Assembly (NCBI RefSeq): GCF_009914755.1
Contig: NC_060926.1
Strand: one strand, 5' to 3'
Length of the DNA: 64,000 nt
Source of the DNA: the human T2T-CHM13v2.0 reference genome, Homo sapiens
The translations under genes were made by a program, and so were the position numbers. Of the stretch, positions 26,986-41,870 are shown piece by piece (positions within the stretch are counted from its first letter, which is position 1; each line of letters starts with the position of its first letter). A model generated the notes under the pieces. The model was given only the letters and a program-made list of their open reading frames with translations, had not been told where the DNA came from and did not search any database.

Positions 26986-27901
26986 CATGGTATTCTCAGG
27001 CAGCCCTCCTACTGAAACTGTATTTGGAAATCAGGATAAAAGGATTAGTCTTTAAATAGTTGCCACAGAAGGGCTTAGAGCCTGTATATAATGTGGAAGA
27101 GAGAAGGGAAGCCTTCTTAACTGGTTGTACAGTGGGGTAGGGACTTAATTACTGATTGATTGTAATAAAGGATATTTCCTCTAGATAGCTTGGAATTTTT
27201 CTTTTTTTTTTTTTAATATTGGAGCAGAGTTGCCTCCTTTTCAGTCAACAGTTTTACTAAAGTGTGTATAGTATGATTAGGGACAAGGACAATCCCCCAA
27301 ATACTCTTCATCCCAGAAGTGTTTTTAATAGTGCTGCAATGGATAGTATAACTACAGAAATAAACAAACCAACAGAAATCAGTGTATCCCTTTAAGCTAA
27401 AAATTTGGTGTCTAAATGGACCTTTGGATAGAGACATAAAATAGATTATTCGCTTTATTTTGATAAGATATAAACAATTAATTTAACTCCATTAAGAGAA
27501 AATAAAATTGTTCTTATAAATGAAAGACTAAAAAACTTAGAAATTTTTTTATATTAGTTGAAAATTATGCTTAGTGGAAAAATTAACTTATAACATGACT
27601 CTTTGGGTATTAGCTTATAATTCAATCATTAAAGCAGGACATTCTTTAGAGTTAACATTAAACTACAAACTTGCAAGTTCTTATTTATATAAAGTATTTT
27701 GTGTGAAATGAAATAATAGAATGTCTAGGGAAAACCCTTGATAATTTTACCTCATGATTTAATTTAGATAATAAAAAAGATAAAGTGATTGCAACATTTT
27801 GCAATTAAGTGAGAAGCTTAGAGAAATGAACTACTGAAAGGGAAATATAACTACAACTATTTATACTGCTATAATATTGCCACTTTTTTCAATAACAGGA
27901 C

Positions 27902-28017
27902 GTGTAGAACAAGTAAATCTTCCACAATTAGAAAGAGAAATCAAATTGTGTAGAACAAGTAAATCTTCCACAATTAGAAAGAGAAATCAAATTGAAATTG
28001 TGTAACAAGTCTTCCAC
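27902..28017. repeat. Perfect 46-bp tandem duplication plus a degenerate partial third copy
   Basis: GTGTAGAACAAGTAAATCTTCCACAATTAGAAAGAGAAATCAAATT at 27902-27947 and 27948-27993. Confidence 0.95.
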
Positions 28018-28237
28018 TACTAGCCTGCGAATATTAAAGCAGTAGGACAATACACATTTTTCTTTCAGAAGAATAAAATAGAGATTGTCAGGTATTGAAG
28101 ATCCAAGAGCAAAATGCTATAATACGAAAATAATAAAAAGCACAAAATGCTGAAATGTCCCAGAGCCCCCATTCCAGAATATGTCCAGAAGGTATATTTT
28201 CTCTACTTCTGCATATCTATTATTTCTATGAGATCTT

Positions 28238-28587
28238 ATATTAGTTTTCACTGGTTTATATTATGGTAGCAAATGGCTCAGCATCAGTGGCTTTCTACAA
28301 GAAAAGTTCATCTCTAATTTCTCATCTGTGTTACATATTCCTACAACTGCACTTATGTTCTTGTCTCTCCAAGATCCTGGCTAAAAAGTAGCCCATGTCT
28401 CTATATTGCTATTCCCATGGCAAACAGAAAAGAGCAGGAGTAGAGCCTCACAGTGACTCTTAAAGCCTCTGTTTGAAAGCAGTACACGTCACTTCCAAAG
28501 CCAGCACTTAGCCAAGCCTGCTGTCATAGACAAGTGATGTAGCACCCTACAAGAGGGGGAGATATTGGACAGTAACAGAACCTACCA
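28238..28587 (-). mobile_element. Old MLT1 (J-like) LTR
   Basis: TCAGTGGCTT..CCCATGGCAAACAGAAAAGAG..CTCTTAAAGCCTCTG..ACACGTCACTTCC pattern; diverged. Confidence 0.55.
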
Positions 28588-28989
28588 TGGATCATCACAC
28601 CTAAACAGACAATCTGGACTAAAGAGTGACAAACTCAGACTTTCCTTCATTAGGAAAAAGGGAAGATTTGGTGTTGAGTGTTTATGTCTTACATATTCTC
28701 TCTCCACAGGAAAAAATTCGCCCTTGTCAGGGCACAAAGGTACAAATACACTCTAGCAAGAGTGGAACAGCTCCCATTGGCTCATTGTCATTATATTTTT
28801 ACTACCAGAGTTTTACTATGAAAGTAACATGTGATCATGATAAAAACTCTAAAAGCAACAGAAAGCAACACAGTAAATCATAAAATAGCCCCATTATATC
28901 TCTCAGTCCCATTACCCAGAAATACATTTTCTTTGCAGACATTCTCTTAAATATTATTCTAGAAATTATTCATGAATATATTCTGTATG

Positions 28990-29130
28990 TGAATTTCCTC
29001 ATTTGAAAATTGAGAATAATACCACTTCAAATGACTGTTATGAGTATCAAATGACTTAAAGAATGTACAACATTTAGAAGAGGACTTTACACACAGTAAA
29101 TTGCATATGAGTGTTAACTACTATTATTTT
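28990..29130 (+). mobile_element. MIR SINE
   Basis: TTTCCTCATTTGAAAATTGAGAATAATA..ACACAGTAA..TGTTAACTACTATTATT. Confidence 0.65.
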
Positions 29131-29229
29131 TGCCATGCACTATTGTAAGTGCTTTGTATGTATTATCCCTGGCCCCACCACACACCCACCATAATCATTA
29201 CCACCAACTCACGCATATAGACTTTGATT

Positions 29230-29500
29230 ATTATTCAATAGTATGGTCTTGGAATAGTTTCATATTAATCCAGATACATCTTACTTTTGAAAGGCTGCAA
29301 GGTATCCCACTGAATGGATCTAATGTAACTTTCTACAACTTAAGTGTTTTCTTACTTTTTGCTATTACAGATAACACAGAAACATGCTTGTACCATAATG
29401 TAAATACAATTTGAACTAGTGATTTCATTTCATTTAGAAATCACTAGGTCAAGAGCTATGCGTATTTAATTTTTGAGTGATTTTTCCAAATTGTCTTTGA
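29230..29500 (-). mobile_element. Ancient L1 (L1ME-like) 3' fragment
   Basis: TTTTTGCTATTACAGATAA..AAATCACTAGGTCAAGAGCTATG..TTCCAAATTG. Confidence 0.45.
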
Positions 29501-29509
29501 GACAGTCAT

Positions 29510-29853
29510 TAGAGCTTTTAGCAAGACTATGGTTCTGGATGGATTGCACTTTCCTTCCTCACTGAAATTGGGCATGGCCATGTGACTTACTTTAACCAAC
29601 AAAATGTTAGAAATAACATGCTGCATATTCTATTACAACTTGCCTACTCCCCACCTCAGTGAAAGACAATGTTCCAATAGTGCCTGCTCTGTGATCTTGG
29701 TCATTTAATGAGAACAACATGAAGGAGTCCACCTCCCCTGCTACTCTGAGAAGGATCTTGCAGTGAAATCAAGAAATATACCTTTCCAGTTGTAAGTACC
29801 TAAGATTGTGGTGTTGTTTTCACAGCATAACTAAGCTTATCCTGATTAAGACA
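29510..29853 (+). mobile_element. Old MLT1 (J/K-like) LTR
   Basis: GGCATGGCCATGTGACTTACTTTAACCAA..CACAGCATAACTAAGCTTATCCTGATTAAGACA. Confidence 0.6.
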
Positions 29854-30092
29854 TGCTTCTACTAGCAATTTAACAGTGTATATCAAAGCATATAAATGAC
29901 TCAAGCATAATCTACAAAAATAATCAGTATATACGCAACTGTTTATTCCAACTCCAGGAACTAGAGAATATACGCATATTATTTTATCAAGCAAATAGGT
30001 ATAGTCATTAATTATCTACAACACCCAGTGTTAAAACTGTAGCCTCTTTTGGCTGGGGTTGCCTCATCCCTGACCAGCTTCCTCCCACATTG

Positions 30093-31173
<1,081 letters not shown>

Positions 31174-32459
31174 AGCCTTGACATTTTAAAACACTGGTCC
31201 ATTATGTAGCCTCCTAATTAAAGAATGCATGTCAAACTCTTAGTAATCTCCCTAAGATCCCTTTTACTTGGCTTCAGATCAGAGTGAAAACTCCCAACAA
31301 ATATCCCCAGGAGGTAAAAGGAGGAAATGCGTAGTCATGAATATTCTCTTCAAAGAATTCACGCCTTTAATGTCTAAACCCTCTGGTGCAATCCTTAGCC
31401 TCCATTTCTATAGCCTAAAGGTGGGTGATGCTTGAGAACTGCTAAACTTATACAAAGTCAGTTTTTTGAATTGTCCTCCCAAGGTCATCTGGTGCTTCAC
31501 TTTCACTTTGCAATGGTGGGTACTTATCTATTATATTAGGTAAGTGCTAATCTTATCTAATAAGCCAAAAGGAAAGTAAAGGAAGTTTCACTTTAATACG
31601 CTTTTAATTGTATAGGTTTGAGGTTTATTATGAGGTAAATTTTTATAAAGTGATTGATCCATAGTAAGCACATATTAAGCATTAATAATTAAATATAATA
31701 AGCCATATTAAATAAATTTCAACATGGAATCAAGCCAATAATCAAGACTGACAACAAGCCCTGCTTCCTTCTGGTTCACAGATTTGCCTCTCTCTACATA
31801 TCCTTTCTAGTAAGAAATTAGGATTTTTTTCCTATAAAATCTAAGAATATTTTATTTAATTTATATGTTCTTGTTGGAAGCCATTTACATGCAAAAGTTA
31901 GACATATTATGAGATTTATTCACTCTGCATTTTCTTAATGTTGAGGTGGACAGATCCAACCTTTTAATTTCAACAGGATTTGTTTTTATTTCAACAGCAT
32001 CAAATTACTATAAAGACAAAGTGGTATATTATTTTAAAAAACAAAATTTAACAGATCTAAAGAATATACTATTTTATGCAAATTTCTCTATATTAACCAA
32101 CATTCATAATAGAGCAGTTGTAAATATCTGCTCTAAGTTTATTAAAATAGTAACTAGAGATGTCTATAGTCACATATTTTAAAAAAAACTCTTTGTCAGA
32201 GCTATTTGTTTCACTATATAAAGATATTAGAAAGATATTGCCAATAAAAATTGGTGCTATTCATTGTATGCTACTCAATGAATCATGAAGTCCAATGAAA
32301 GAACTGGAGAGATTTGTTCCTCATTTGTAGTAATCATGTTTAGCTACACGAAAAACAAACTGTTGCCTATGTGCACTTTATCAACCACTAACACACTAGT
32401 AAAGACACATTCTAAAATACCAAACAATGCATTTTCAAGTGTTTTAAATCTATTCATAA

Positions 32460-32903
<444 letters not shown>

Positions 32904-33419
32904 TAAATTGGTAATATTCCTTTTTTATATTTGGATTCTTATTCAGGTCGAATTTATTTGTAACCTGCTGCTTGTTCTAGGGAGTGAAGAGTCGGGGGAG
33001 ATGGCTACCTGTAATATTGTACGGTACATCTGACAAACAAAAGCATGCTCCAAAAGCAGGACAGATTACTGTTACAATTAGTCACACTAGAATAGTTTCT
33101 TTCTCTGTGATTATGTAAATTTGGGAGAAAATAGATCTCTTAGTAAGCTACAAAGAGCAGTTTTAAGGTAGATTTTTTTTTTCTCACATGGAGTCCACTG
33201 TATATCATAAAATTAGGGCAAATATTTGTTACATAAATCTACGTAGGTATATCAATCAACTATAAAATTTTACTGGAATGTCATAACTGTCAATAAAATT
33301 AGAATCTGGATTCCATTTTCTCAAGAAGTGGAATAACAAAATGTACCAATTAATCCAGTTATTTTTATAGCATGCTACATTCTATATATCTTTCCTAAAC
33401 AGAATCTTAAAAACCCAAA

Positions 33420-33687
33420 CACATGTTCTCACTCATAGGTGGGAATTGAACAATGAGAACACATGGACACAGGAAGGGGAACATTGCACACTGGGGACTG
33501 TTGTGGGGTGGGGGGAGGGAGAGGGATAGCATTAGGAGCTATACCTAATGCTAAATGACGAGTTAATGGGTGCAGCACACCAACATGGCACATGTATACA
33601 TATGTAACAAACCTGCACGTTGTGCACATGTACCCTAAAACTTAAAGTATAATAATAATAAAATTAAAAATAAAACAAAATAAATAA
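33420..33687 (+). mobile_element. 5'-truncated L1PA3/4-like 3' end
   Basis: ATGTTCTCACTCATAGGTGGGAATTG..GCTAAATGACGAGTTAATGGG..ACCCTAAAACTTAAAGTATAAT with an A-rich tail; TSD AAAAACCCAAA. Confidence 0.92.
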
Positions 33688-36192
33688 AAAAACCCAAAAT
33701 TATATATAACGTATAGCAGGCCAAAATGAGAGAATTCTCAAACTGCTTCACTGTGTTTCCCTCTGAATTGAATCACCCCCATTCAAACATTTTTTTCTTG
33801 ATCTGAGTAAAGACGACTTCAGTGCAAACATATCAGGTCCAGACCAAATCTCCACAGCAGGTGATTCTTCTTGGTCAGAAGTGTATTGCTTCATGACTCA
33901 GGGAATTCCAAAAATTATTGATCTTTGTTTCCTGAGTTTATGACCTCCATGAATAAGACATAGCTTCCATCATACGTCCAAAAATGGAAGGTTAATTCTG
34001 TTCCTGAAACCTTGTGTTCCATGTCTTCACCAAAGGACAAGAGCCATATTGACTTTCACATACCAACCTTTGGCACTAACTCTAAACTAACTTTGTTATA
34101 CACTTTAAGGCATTTCAGTTTAACTCTGTATAATCAAAATTGTTCTGAAAGCTCATTTACTTTACAGCAAAGAGATTAGAGAGTATGTTTATTTTTTGGA
34201 TAATACAATTTGTTGGACAAGTAAAGATTTTGACTAGATATCATCCTGAGGTCTGATATAGGAGAATGTCAATCTGCAAGTTGGTCTGAGGTGGGAAGGG
34301 AGGACTACCTTGTGAGTCTCTGCTTATGTTACCATCTTATTCAGCTCGTAAGCTTCCGTGCTGAGAAAGAAATGTTTAAATTCTCTTTAATGTTACACTG
34401 GGGACTCAAGGGGGAAAGCCTATGAACTAACATGCATGAAGCAAAACAAACGTTTCATGGGGAGAAAGGATTTTATTTCGGGGTATTTTCGTTTTAAAGT
34501 TGAACTCTTCAATTTTTACTTTCAAATTATTACATATTTTACTTAAAGTTAATAAAGGCCAGAGAACACAGATGAATGAGAATCTACTTTTAAATCATAT
34601 GCAACTTTATTTTAGGAGTATATCTAGCTTTTTCTAGGAAATAAAGCTATTCTTATTCAGTTTTGCTTACAAAAAAAAACCATGTAATAATATCTTAGAC
34701 ATTTAAAAAATTGTTGTAGTCATTGTTTCCCTTTTGCATTTTCTAAGCATTGATTTTTCCAGTAGAGCTCAAATTGAAGTGGGTGTACTCGTATGACAGG
34801 AAATTCCCATAATATCCCAGTGTGTTGTCAATTGTGTTACCATTAGTCCAATAATAAATACTGGTTTGCTAAATATTACATCACGGGCAGTAAGAAAAGT
34901 ATAATATATTGATTTTGCATTATTAACTCTCAAAACTACTGTTCAATTATTTCTTAATTTTGTAACAGTATATTTTATTGAATTGAATCAAAATTAGGGC
35001 TGTTTTCTACTTAAAGAAAGAAGGATGTATGCATGTGTGCATGTGTGTGTCTATGTTGCTTATTTCAGGGTAAAATTCATAGCCAAGCTGGTGGAGCTAT
35101 TTGATATAATGAGGGAGGATATTCTTTTCATCATCTATACTGTTGACCAACAAACGTGGATTAGAAAGAGAAATAAATGTCTGTTAGTATGTGTGTATGT
35201 GTGCGTGTGTGCTTATGTGAACTATAAAAGATTCTTGTGCTCTTAATTCTTTAACTTAAAACATTCAGAATCATCTCAAAATTATTTTATGCTCTCAGAA
35301 AAAAATCAGAGAAAAAGCAAGTATTCATATGTAAATATAGAATGGAGTTTTAAATAGATCTTGAGACACACTGTGATTTTATTCTCCATCCTAATGAACA
35401 TGTGGCCTTTTGGTGTAATTCTGTATCTTCACCATTTTCTTTGAATGTTCTCAAGTAGGTTTCATATTTCCTTTGTAGAACTGTCCATAAAAACACAAAT
35501 GAAAGGACAAAAATCAGACATAATAAAGATTGGAGACTTGAAAGTCAAAGAAGTAACCAAAGCCTCACATCTAGTTTACAACAATTTCTGGGCTTGAAAA
35601 AAAGGTCTTTGGGCCTAACTCACGGAGTTAACACCATTGAACTGGTAGAAGCTGTATTTCTCTTCTCTGCATAGCTAGTTTTTGAAGAACTTCATATTTT
35701 CAACAAATTTTTCCTACTTTTAGTAGTGGAGCTGATCAGAAGAAGGTGCAAAATGGAAGAGGGGACTGTGGAACATGATCACCACTGAGGTGGGGCATGC
35801 AGAAGTTATGTAGGTGGGCCTTCCTTCCAACAACAGGCTGATTGGTGCTGCTGTTGCTTATAAGGTGGGTGAAGATCAGAAGCCACCCAAAGACAAGCAA
35901 GTCTACAGGTCTGGATTCAACCAGTTAGAGCTGTACAAAGATGGAGGCAGGTAGGTAGGCAAAAGTCAGTTGAGGAGCTGCCTACTGAAACAAGTAGACC
36001 AGTAAGAAGGATCTGGAGTAGGATACTAACACATACATGGTCAGGTTGTGTGGTCAGAAAATTAGTGTCTATGCTCAAGGAAGCCGAAAAGTTTTGGTGA
36101 AGCCACAGTCATGCTTTTCTATGAAATAATAAAAATTTAATAGTGTTTTTGAGAAAACAGTAATGGTAACAAAATTTACTAATAGTGAGAGG

Positions 36193-38516
36193 TATGGTAT
36201 ATTGGAAGAAGATCCCTAATTCTTCTATACTCTGAATATCTATATCTTTTACAACGTAAGACCTAGAGTCTATTTGCCATTCTCCTATGTTTTGGCTGGC
36301 CTTGTAACTTGTTCTGGTCAATAAAATGCAGCATAAGTGACAGTGTGCTAGTTCCAAGTCTAGGCCCCAAAAACCTTAGCTTGCCTCTCTTCATTCTCGT
36401 GAAACTCTGACCAGTCACCATGAGAACAAGCCCAGGCTATCCTGCAGGATGATGAGAAAACACAGAACCAAGGTGAGCAGCTCCAGCTGAGGCCATTCTA
36501 GACCTGTAGTCCCCAGCTGACCTGGAAGCTGACTGCAAACACAAGCTCAGCTGAGCCCAGTCCATATTAATGACCAGCAGGATTATGTGCTAAAAAATAA
36601 AAGAAATGGTTGTTTTAAGCTGCGAAGTTGTGTGATTTTTTTAACATGGCAAAAGCTAACTGATGCAGAAATAATTGGTTCCTAGAATTGAGGTGCTGCC
36701 ATAACAAAAATCTAAAATAAGTGCCATTGGCAGTAAGCACTGAGCAGAGGATGGAAAAATGGCAAACAAACTCTTAGCAAATGCGGAGAAAAAAAAATCA
36801 AATTGTTATTGGAGGTTAGGAAAAAAAATGGTGATCTGTATTTTTGAGAATAAAATAATTGTCAAAAGTGTTGCCTATAGAAACTTGAAAGATGGCCAGT
36901 GTATATAATGAACTTTTGATTTTGGCTAAAGAGACCTCCACAGAATGTTGAAATGTCAGATGGTTGGTCCTAGCTACATATAGGTACAAGAAGAAAGAAA
37001 TGGTCTAAATAAAGACATGGCCAGCTTGCAAGGAGAATTTTGAGGGAACACAGAGGGGACAGAATTTTCTGGGTGGGAAAATATAATTGTTTCGTATCTT
37101 CTGTCTTTCCATCCAGTAAAAATTCTCAAAGTAAAATGAGGCATCAAAAAGAAAAAAAATCAATTCAAGTGCGTAGCTCTGTAATCCTTTGTTAAGAAAT
37201 CTGAAAGAATTTATATGTTGTCTAGTTCTCTCTCAAACTAAAAAATACAGCTCCTCAGCTTCGTAAGAGTATGGTCTCACAGAAGCCCAATCCCAGAGTA
37301 AATAAGTCTATACAGAAAGGCATGTCTTGAAAACAATCAGGTATGGCTTTCTAACAAATGATGTGCACATAAATTAAACTCATAGTAAGTCCACCATGAT
37401 TTGGAAGAAACTGAATTTATAAAAATGCCATCAACCTGAATTTTGAAAGAATGATTTTACTTAAATTGCACAAAGGTCTCTGTGGCTCCAACTTTCTATG
37501 ATCCAGAAGTCGACTGAGAACGTTTTTCAAAAGGCTAAGGAAGGAAATTAAAAAGAGAGAATGTTCTAGAGAGCAGAGTCAAGATCCAATAAACATGAAG
37601 AAGAAAGAACTGGGAAACCACCCCCAAAAAGCATAACCTTGCCTTAACGAATAGTTACTACTCCCAGGTAGGAGAGCCTAACAATATTTTTCTACATATA
37701 TTTTAAATTTCCGACAGATCAGTAACTGCTATGTACCTCCCATTTTTTTTCTTTCAGAATGGCAGTATTTATCAGTTACCCTATCCCTGTGTTAATATTG
37801 TAGGTTGGATGTTTATGGGACATATATTTTTTTTAAATTTCATGACTCTCTGAATCAAAAAAATTTACATTTGATAGGCTTCCTCTCAACTTTAACTGGA
37901 TAACTGAATTCTAGAATTCAAGCCTGATGTCATAGTTCCATGAGAATTTTATGAGAAGGAAAAGGATGTTGTACATGGGCAGAAAGGTGAAAATTGTGGC
38001 CAGAGGCAGATTGTGGTAAATTACAAAATTGGCTCATAATCCTTTATTCCTTCTTGCCTCCATGCTCTTTGCAATGTGACTTTGCCACTTTTCTCATTAA
38101 GAGATGGATTCTGTTCTCCATTGCCTTCTGTCTGGACTGGTCTTGTAACTTGTTCTGGTTAATACAGAGGTAAATGTGATGACACATCAGAAGCCCAGGC
38201 CTCAAGCAAGCTTTCCCACTTGTTCTCTTGGAACCCTTCCCAGCTATCAGGTAAATAAGCCCAGGCTATTGTGCTGGATGATGAGAGGTCACTGGAACAC
38301 TGATGAGCCATAACAGCTGAGGCCATTCTAGAATAGGCAGCTTTAGCCAACCAGGCAGCTGACTGCAGATACAGGCCTGCATCCAGATGAGTCCAGAAAA
38401 GCAACCTAGGTGAGTCCAGCTCTCATTGCTGGCCCATAAAATCATAAACAAAATAAACAATTGTTATTTTAAGCCACTTGGTTTTGAGATAGTTTGAGAT
38501 AAAATGAAGCTAACTT
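36193..38516 (+). mobile_element. MLT1H-like full MaLR element: 5'LTR 36193-36667, internal 36668-38011, 3'LTR 38012-38516
   Basis: Two same-orientation LTRs share CTTGTAACTTGTTCTGGT, AAGCCCAGGCTAT, CAGCTGAGGCCATTCTAGA and GCTGACTGCA. The internal part starts ATTGGTTCCTAGAATTGAGGTGCTGCCATAACAAAAA and ends in a purine-rich tract. Confidence 0.8.
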
Positions 38517-38553
38517 TGGGCATGTTTCTTAGCTTTTCTCACCTTCTTTTGTT

Positions 38554-38579
38554 CACACACACACACACACACACACACA
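38554..38579. repeat. (CA)13 microsatellite
   Basis: Read directly from the sequence. Confidence 0.95.
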
Positions 38580-38725
38580 GACAAATCATATGAAAGAGTT
38601 TCTACCTGTTATGTTCTTAGGATAATAGTGAGTACATAGTAGATACTCTATAAATATCAGCTGTTATTATCCTCATTAGTGCTTCTGAGGAGGAAGCTCT
38701 GAGACATATTCAATATAATTACGTT

Positions 38726-38945
38726 ATCATTAATTGTATACCTATTATCTGGACTCCGTGCTAGCTAGGCACTTCATATATAACACCTGTAATCATCACA
38801 ACAAAATTCTGAATAATTGTTTTATTTCCTTTTTACAGATGAGGAAACCAAGTAATGAAAATGTTGAGTAACTGCATCTATGTATATAAACAAGTAGCCA
38901 AACCAGGGTTTGAAAAACCTCCTAAATTTTTCCATTGCACTATGT
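38726..38945 (-). mobile_element. MIR SINE
   Basis: TAATCATCACAACAA..TTTTACAGATGAGGAAAC..CCAGGGTTTGAA. Confidence 0.75.
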
Positions 38946-38985
38946 CCTCGGAGGTACAGAAAATAATGTTATCAATTCTTCACTT

Positions 38986-39381
38986 ACCTATAGAATTATT
39001 ATCCATCCATTCCTTTGCCATGGCCTTACGTGGTTGGTGACATGTACTTCTCTGTCCCTAGACTTTGGCATTGGCAATATGACTAGCTTTAGCCAATGGG
39101 ATATTAACAGGTGTGACATGAGTAGAGGCTTGAAATACGGTTAAGCATTTATGCTTGTCATCTTGTGCTTCTATTAAAGCCATGAGAAAAACAAACCCCA
39201 GGTAGCTGCTACCCCTCCAGTTGGGAACTCTAAATGAGACAAATGGAACAGAGCTGCTTCTCACAGATGCAAAATAATTATAGCCACTTCACAGGTGCCA
39301 GGGTGAGACAGAAATGCTTAGTATCGTTTGCCACAGAGATATTTGTGGCTGTGTGTTACATAGCAATATCTGACTGATTCA
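38986..39381 (+). mobile_element. MLT1I/J-like MaLR LTR
   Basis: GCTTTAGCCAATGGGATATT..GCCATGAGAAAA..CCCAGGTAGCTGCT..TAGCAATATCTGACTGATTCA. Confidence 0.65.
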
Positions 39382-39627
39382 GCTCTTTAGAGCCTTCAAA
39401 TGTTGAATAATATAGCAATAGCAAAACATTTCATAGAATAAAACATGCTATAATCTGGTGGAGGTAGACAGGAGATAAGTGAATTTCAACCAGAAGAGGG
39501 AAAGATAGCTCTTTCATATGTGGGATAAAAATGTGGCCTCAAATTGGAGTTATTCTGCTTGGGAAATTTATGGAAAGAGATCTTCTATAAAGATTACATC
39601 TCCTAAATTTGAGTGATAAAATATGCT

Positions 39628-40235
39628 TGTGCAGGGACAGGTTGACTCAGCAGGTCTGAGGAGTGTAAACCTTGCCCATTCCAAAGAAAGGATGGGACCC
39701 TGAATGGCTCCTAGGAGCCTCTAAGCCTTTAGAATATGGTACCTCATAAGAGTGTCTTTGTTTACCTGGAGCCTTGGGCCATGTGAGGCAGTTTATGCTA
39801 ACAATGTAAGTTATGGTTGGGGCCTTGGGCCACATGATATCAGTTTGACCTCTGGAGAGGCTGAAGGCTGAGAAACTAAGGTCAGCCTCATGTGCATGCA
39901 TGCCATGCCTATTTGACCAACCTCCAATAAAATCCTGGACACCAAGTCTCAGATGAGCTTACCTTGTTGACAACACCCCATTTGTGTTGTTACAGATTGT
40001 TGCTGGAAGAATTAGGTGATGTCTGTGGGACTCTACTAGGAGAGGACAACTATTAATAGAAGCTTGAACTTAGCCTTTCCTGGGTTCTGCTCTATCAGCC
40101 TTTCACCTTTGCTGATTTTAGTCTGTGCTCTTTCACTATAATCAGCCATAACCATTAGTAAAACAGATTTTCTGAGTTCTTTGAGTTCTAGCAAATCATT
40201 GAACCAGAGGGTTAACTTAGGGATCCCTTTCAACA
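39628..40235 (+). mobile_element. MER77-like ERVL solo LTR
   Basis: GACTCAGCAGG..ATTCCAAAGAAAGG..GGGCCTTGGGCCAC..ATCAGTTTGACCTCTGG..CCAATAAAATCCTGGACACCAAG; TG..CA termini. Confidence 0.75.
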
Positions 40236-40276
40236 AGGGTATTGGCCTCACACATTCTTGAAACTCAGTAATAATT

Positions 40277-40853
40277 CTGCTGTGCAGAAGCTTTTTAATT
40301 TAATTAAGTCCCATCTATCTTTGTTTTTGTTGCATTTGCTTTTAGTTTCCTGGTCATGAAGTCTTTGCTTAAGCCAATGTCTAGAAGGGTTTTTTCAATG
40401 TTATCTTCTAGAATTTTTATGGTTTCAGGTCTGAGATTTAAGTCTTGGATCCATCTTGAGTGGATTTTTATATAGGTAAGAGATGATAATCCAGGTTCAT
40501 TCTTTTACATGTGGCTTGCCAATTATTCCAGCACCGTTTATTGAATAGGGTGTCCTTTCCCAACTTTTTTGTTTGCTTTGTTGAAGATCAGTTGAATGTA
40601 AGTATTTGGCTTTATTTCTGGGTTCTCTATTCTGTTCCATTGGTCTATATGCCTATTTTTATACCAGTCCCACGCTGCTGTGGTGACTATGGCTTTACAG
40701 TATAGTTTGAAGTCAGGTAACAGAATGCTTCCAGATTTATTCTTTTTGCTTAGTCTTGCTTTGGGTATGCAGGCTCTTTTTTGGTTCCACATGAATTTTA
40801 GGATTTTTTCTAGTTCTGTGAAGAATGACAGTGGTATTTTGATGGGAATTGCA
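40277..40853 (-). mobile_element. L1PB-like ORF2 internal fragment
   Basis: Minus-strand ORF 40538-40792: [39 protein letters not shown]. Confidence 0.88.
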
Positions 40854-41518
40854 GCAAGTGTATTATTGTCTAGATATGGTTACTGTATCCCTGGTGAAGT
40901 GGTAATCAGCATCCTAGGGAACCCCTAGGTTCCTAAGGATCTAAAACAGTCTTGGTAGTCAGGTATTGCTTTTCTCAGATAATATAATATTTTAAAATAT
41001 TGATTCTGAGGAAAGTATACTTCTGGATTAGATCAAGACTATCATGGGGTTGGACGGGCTTCTGGCATTTCCAACATCTGATTCTCCAAGTGACTGCTGC
41101 AGACTCTGAGCAATCTGAACTGAGTGAAGCTATTGCTTTATTCTCTAAAATAAGAGCAGTATTTGAATAGCATTTGGATTGTAAAGACTTTATCATTCAC
41201 TGTTTTGATCAATTCATTATTGATAGCTAGGATAATTCAATGAAGACAAAACTGAGTCACAGAGTCCATATATGTCTTGGAAGGAGAATGGGGCAGATAA
41301 CTTTTCTTTTTGGAAAAAAAATCTAAAGTCTCTGGATCAAAAGCTGCCTCAAATTAGGGCTCACAAGTTGGAAATGAAAGATTTTGGGCTCAAAATTGTC
41401 TATTTTTCTGGAAGGTAGAAGAGTGAAGAGCAAGGTTCTCAAATTTCTGATGGCATAAATGATTTCTAACATATAATTGTACACATAGAAAAACTATCAA
41501 AATAACTGAAAAGAGTAC

Positions 41519-41590
41519 TGTGACAGAAGCCACATATGGTCCGTAAAGCCTAAAAATTTACTCTCTGGTCCTTTTACCAAAGAACTTATC
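41519..41590. mobile_element. MER58B-like fragment
   Basis: ATATGGTCCGTAAAGCCTAAAAATTTACTCTCTGGTCCTTT. Confidence 0.55.
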
Positions 41591-41870
41591 GTAACAAGTA
41601 AGAACACTGCTTATCTTTGCCAAAGGTGGCCTATGTAATGACTACAATTTAGCATGTGGGAGTTTCTAGGGCTATAATGTTCTCCTTCTTAATGTGAGAG
41701 CTACTTACATTAGTATTCCCAGCAGAAAAAATATGCATCCAAATGTATGCCTATGATGTGTGCTTTGTATACATGCATTTCATTTCAACACAAAATTTAT
41801 ATTTATGTATGTATGCAAATGTGTGTGTATTGTGTATATGTATTAACCACTTGCACCACTACTTTATTCT

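Noticed and set aside
27902-27993. Direct repeats as a CRISPR-like array
   Set aside because: Only two adjacent copies with no spacers, in eukaryotic DNA with no cas genes.
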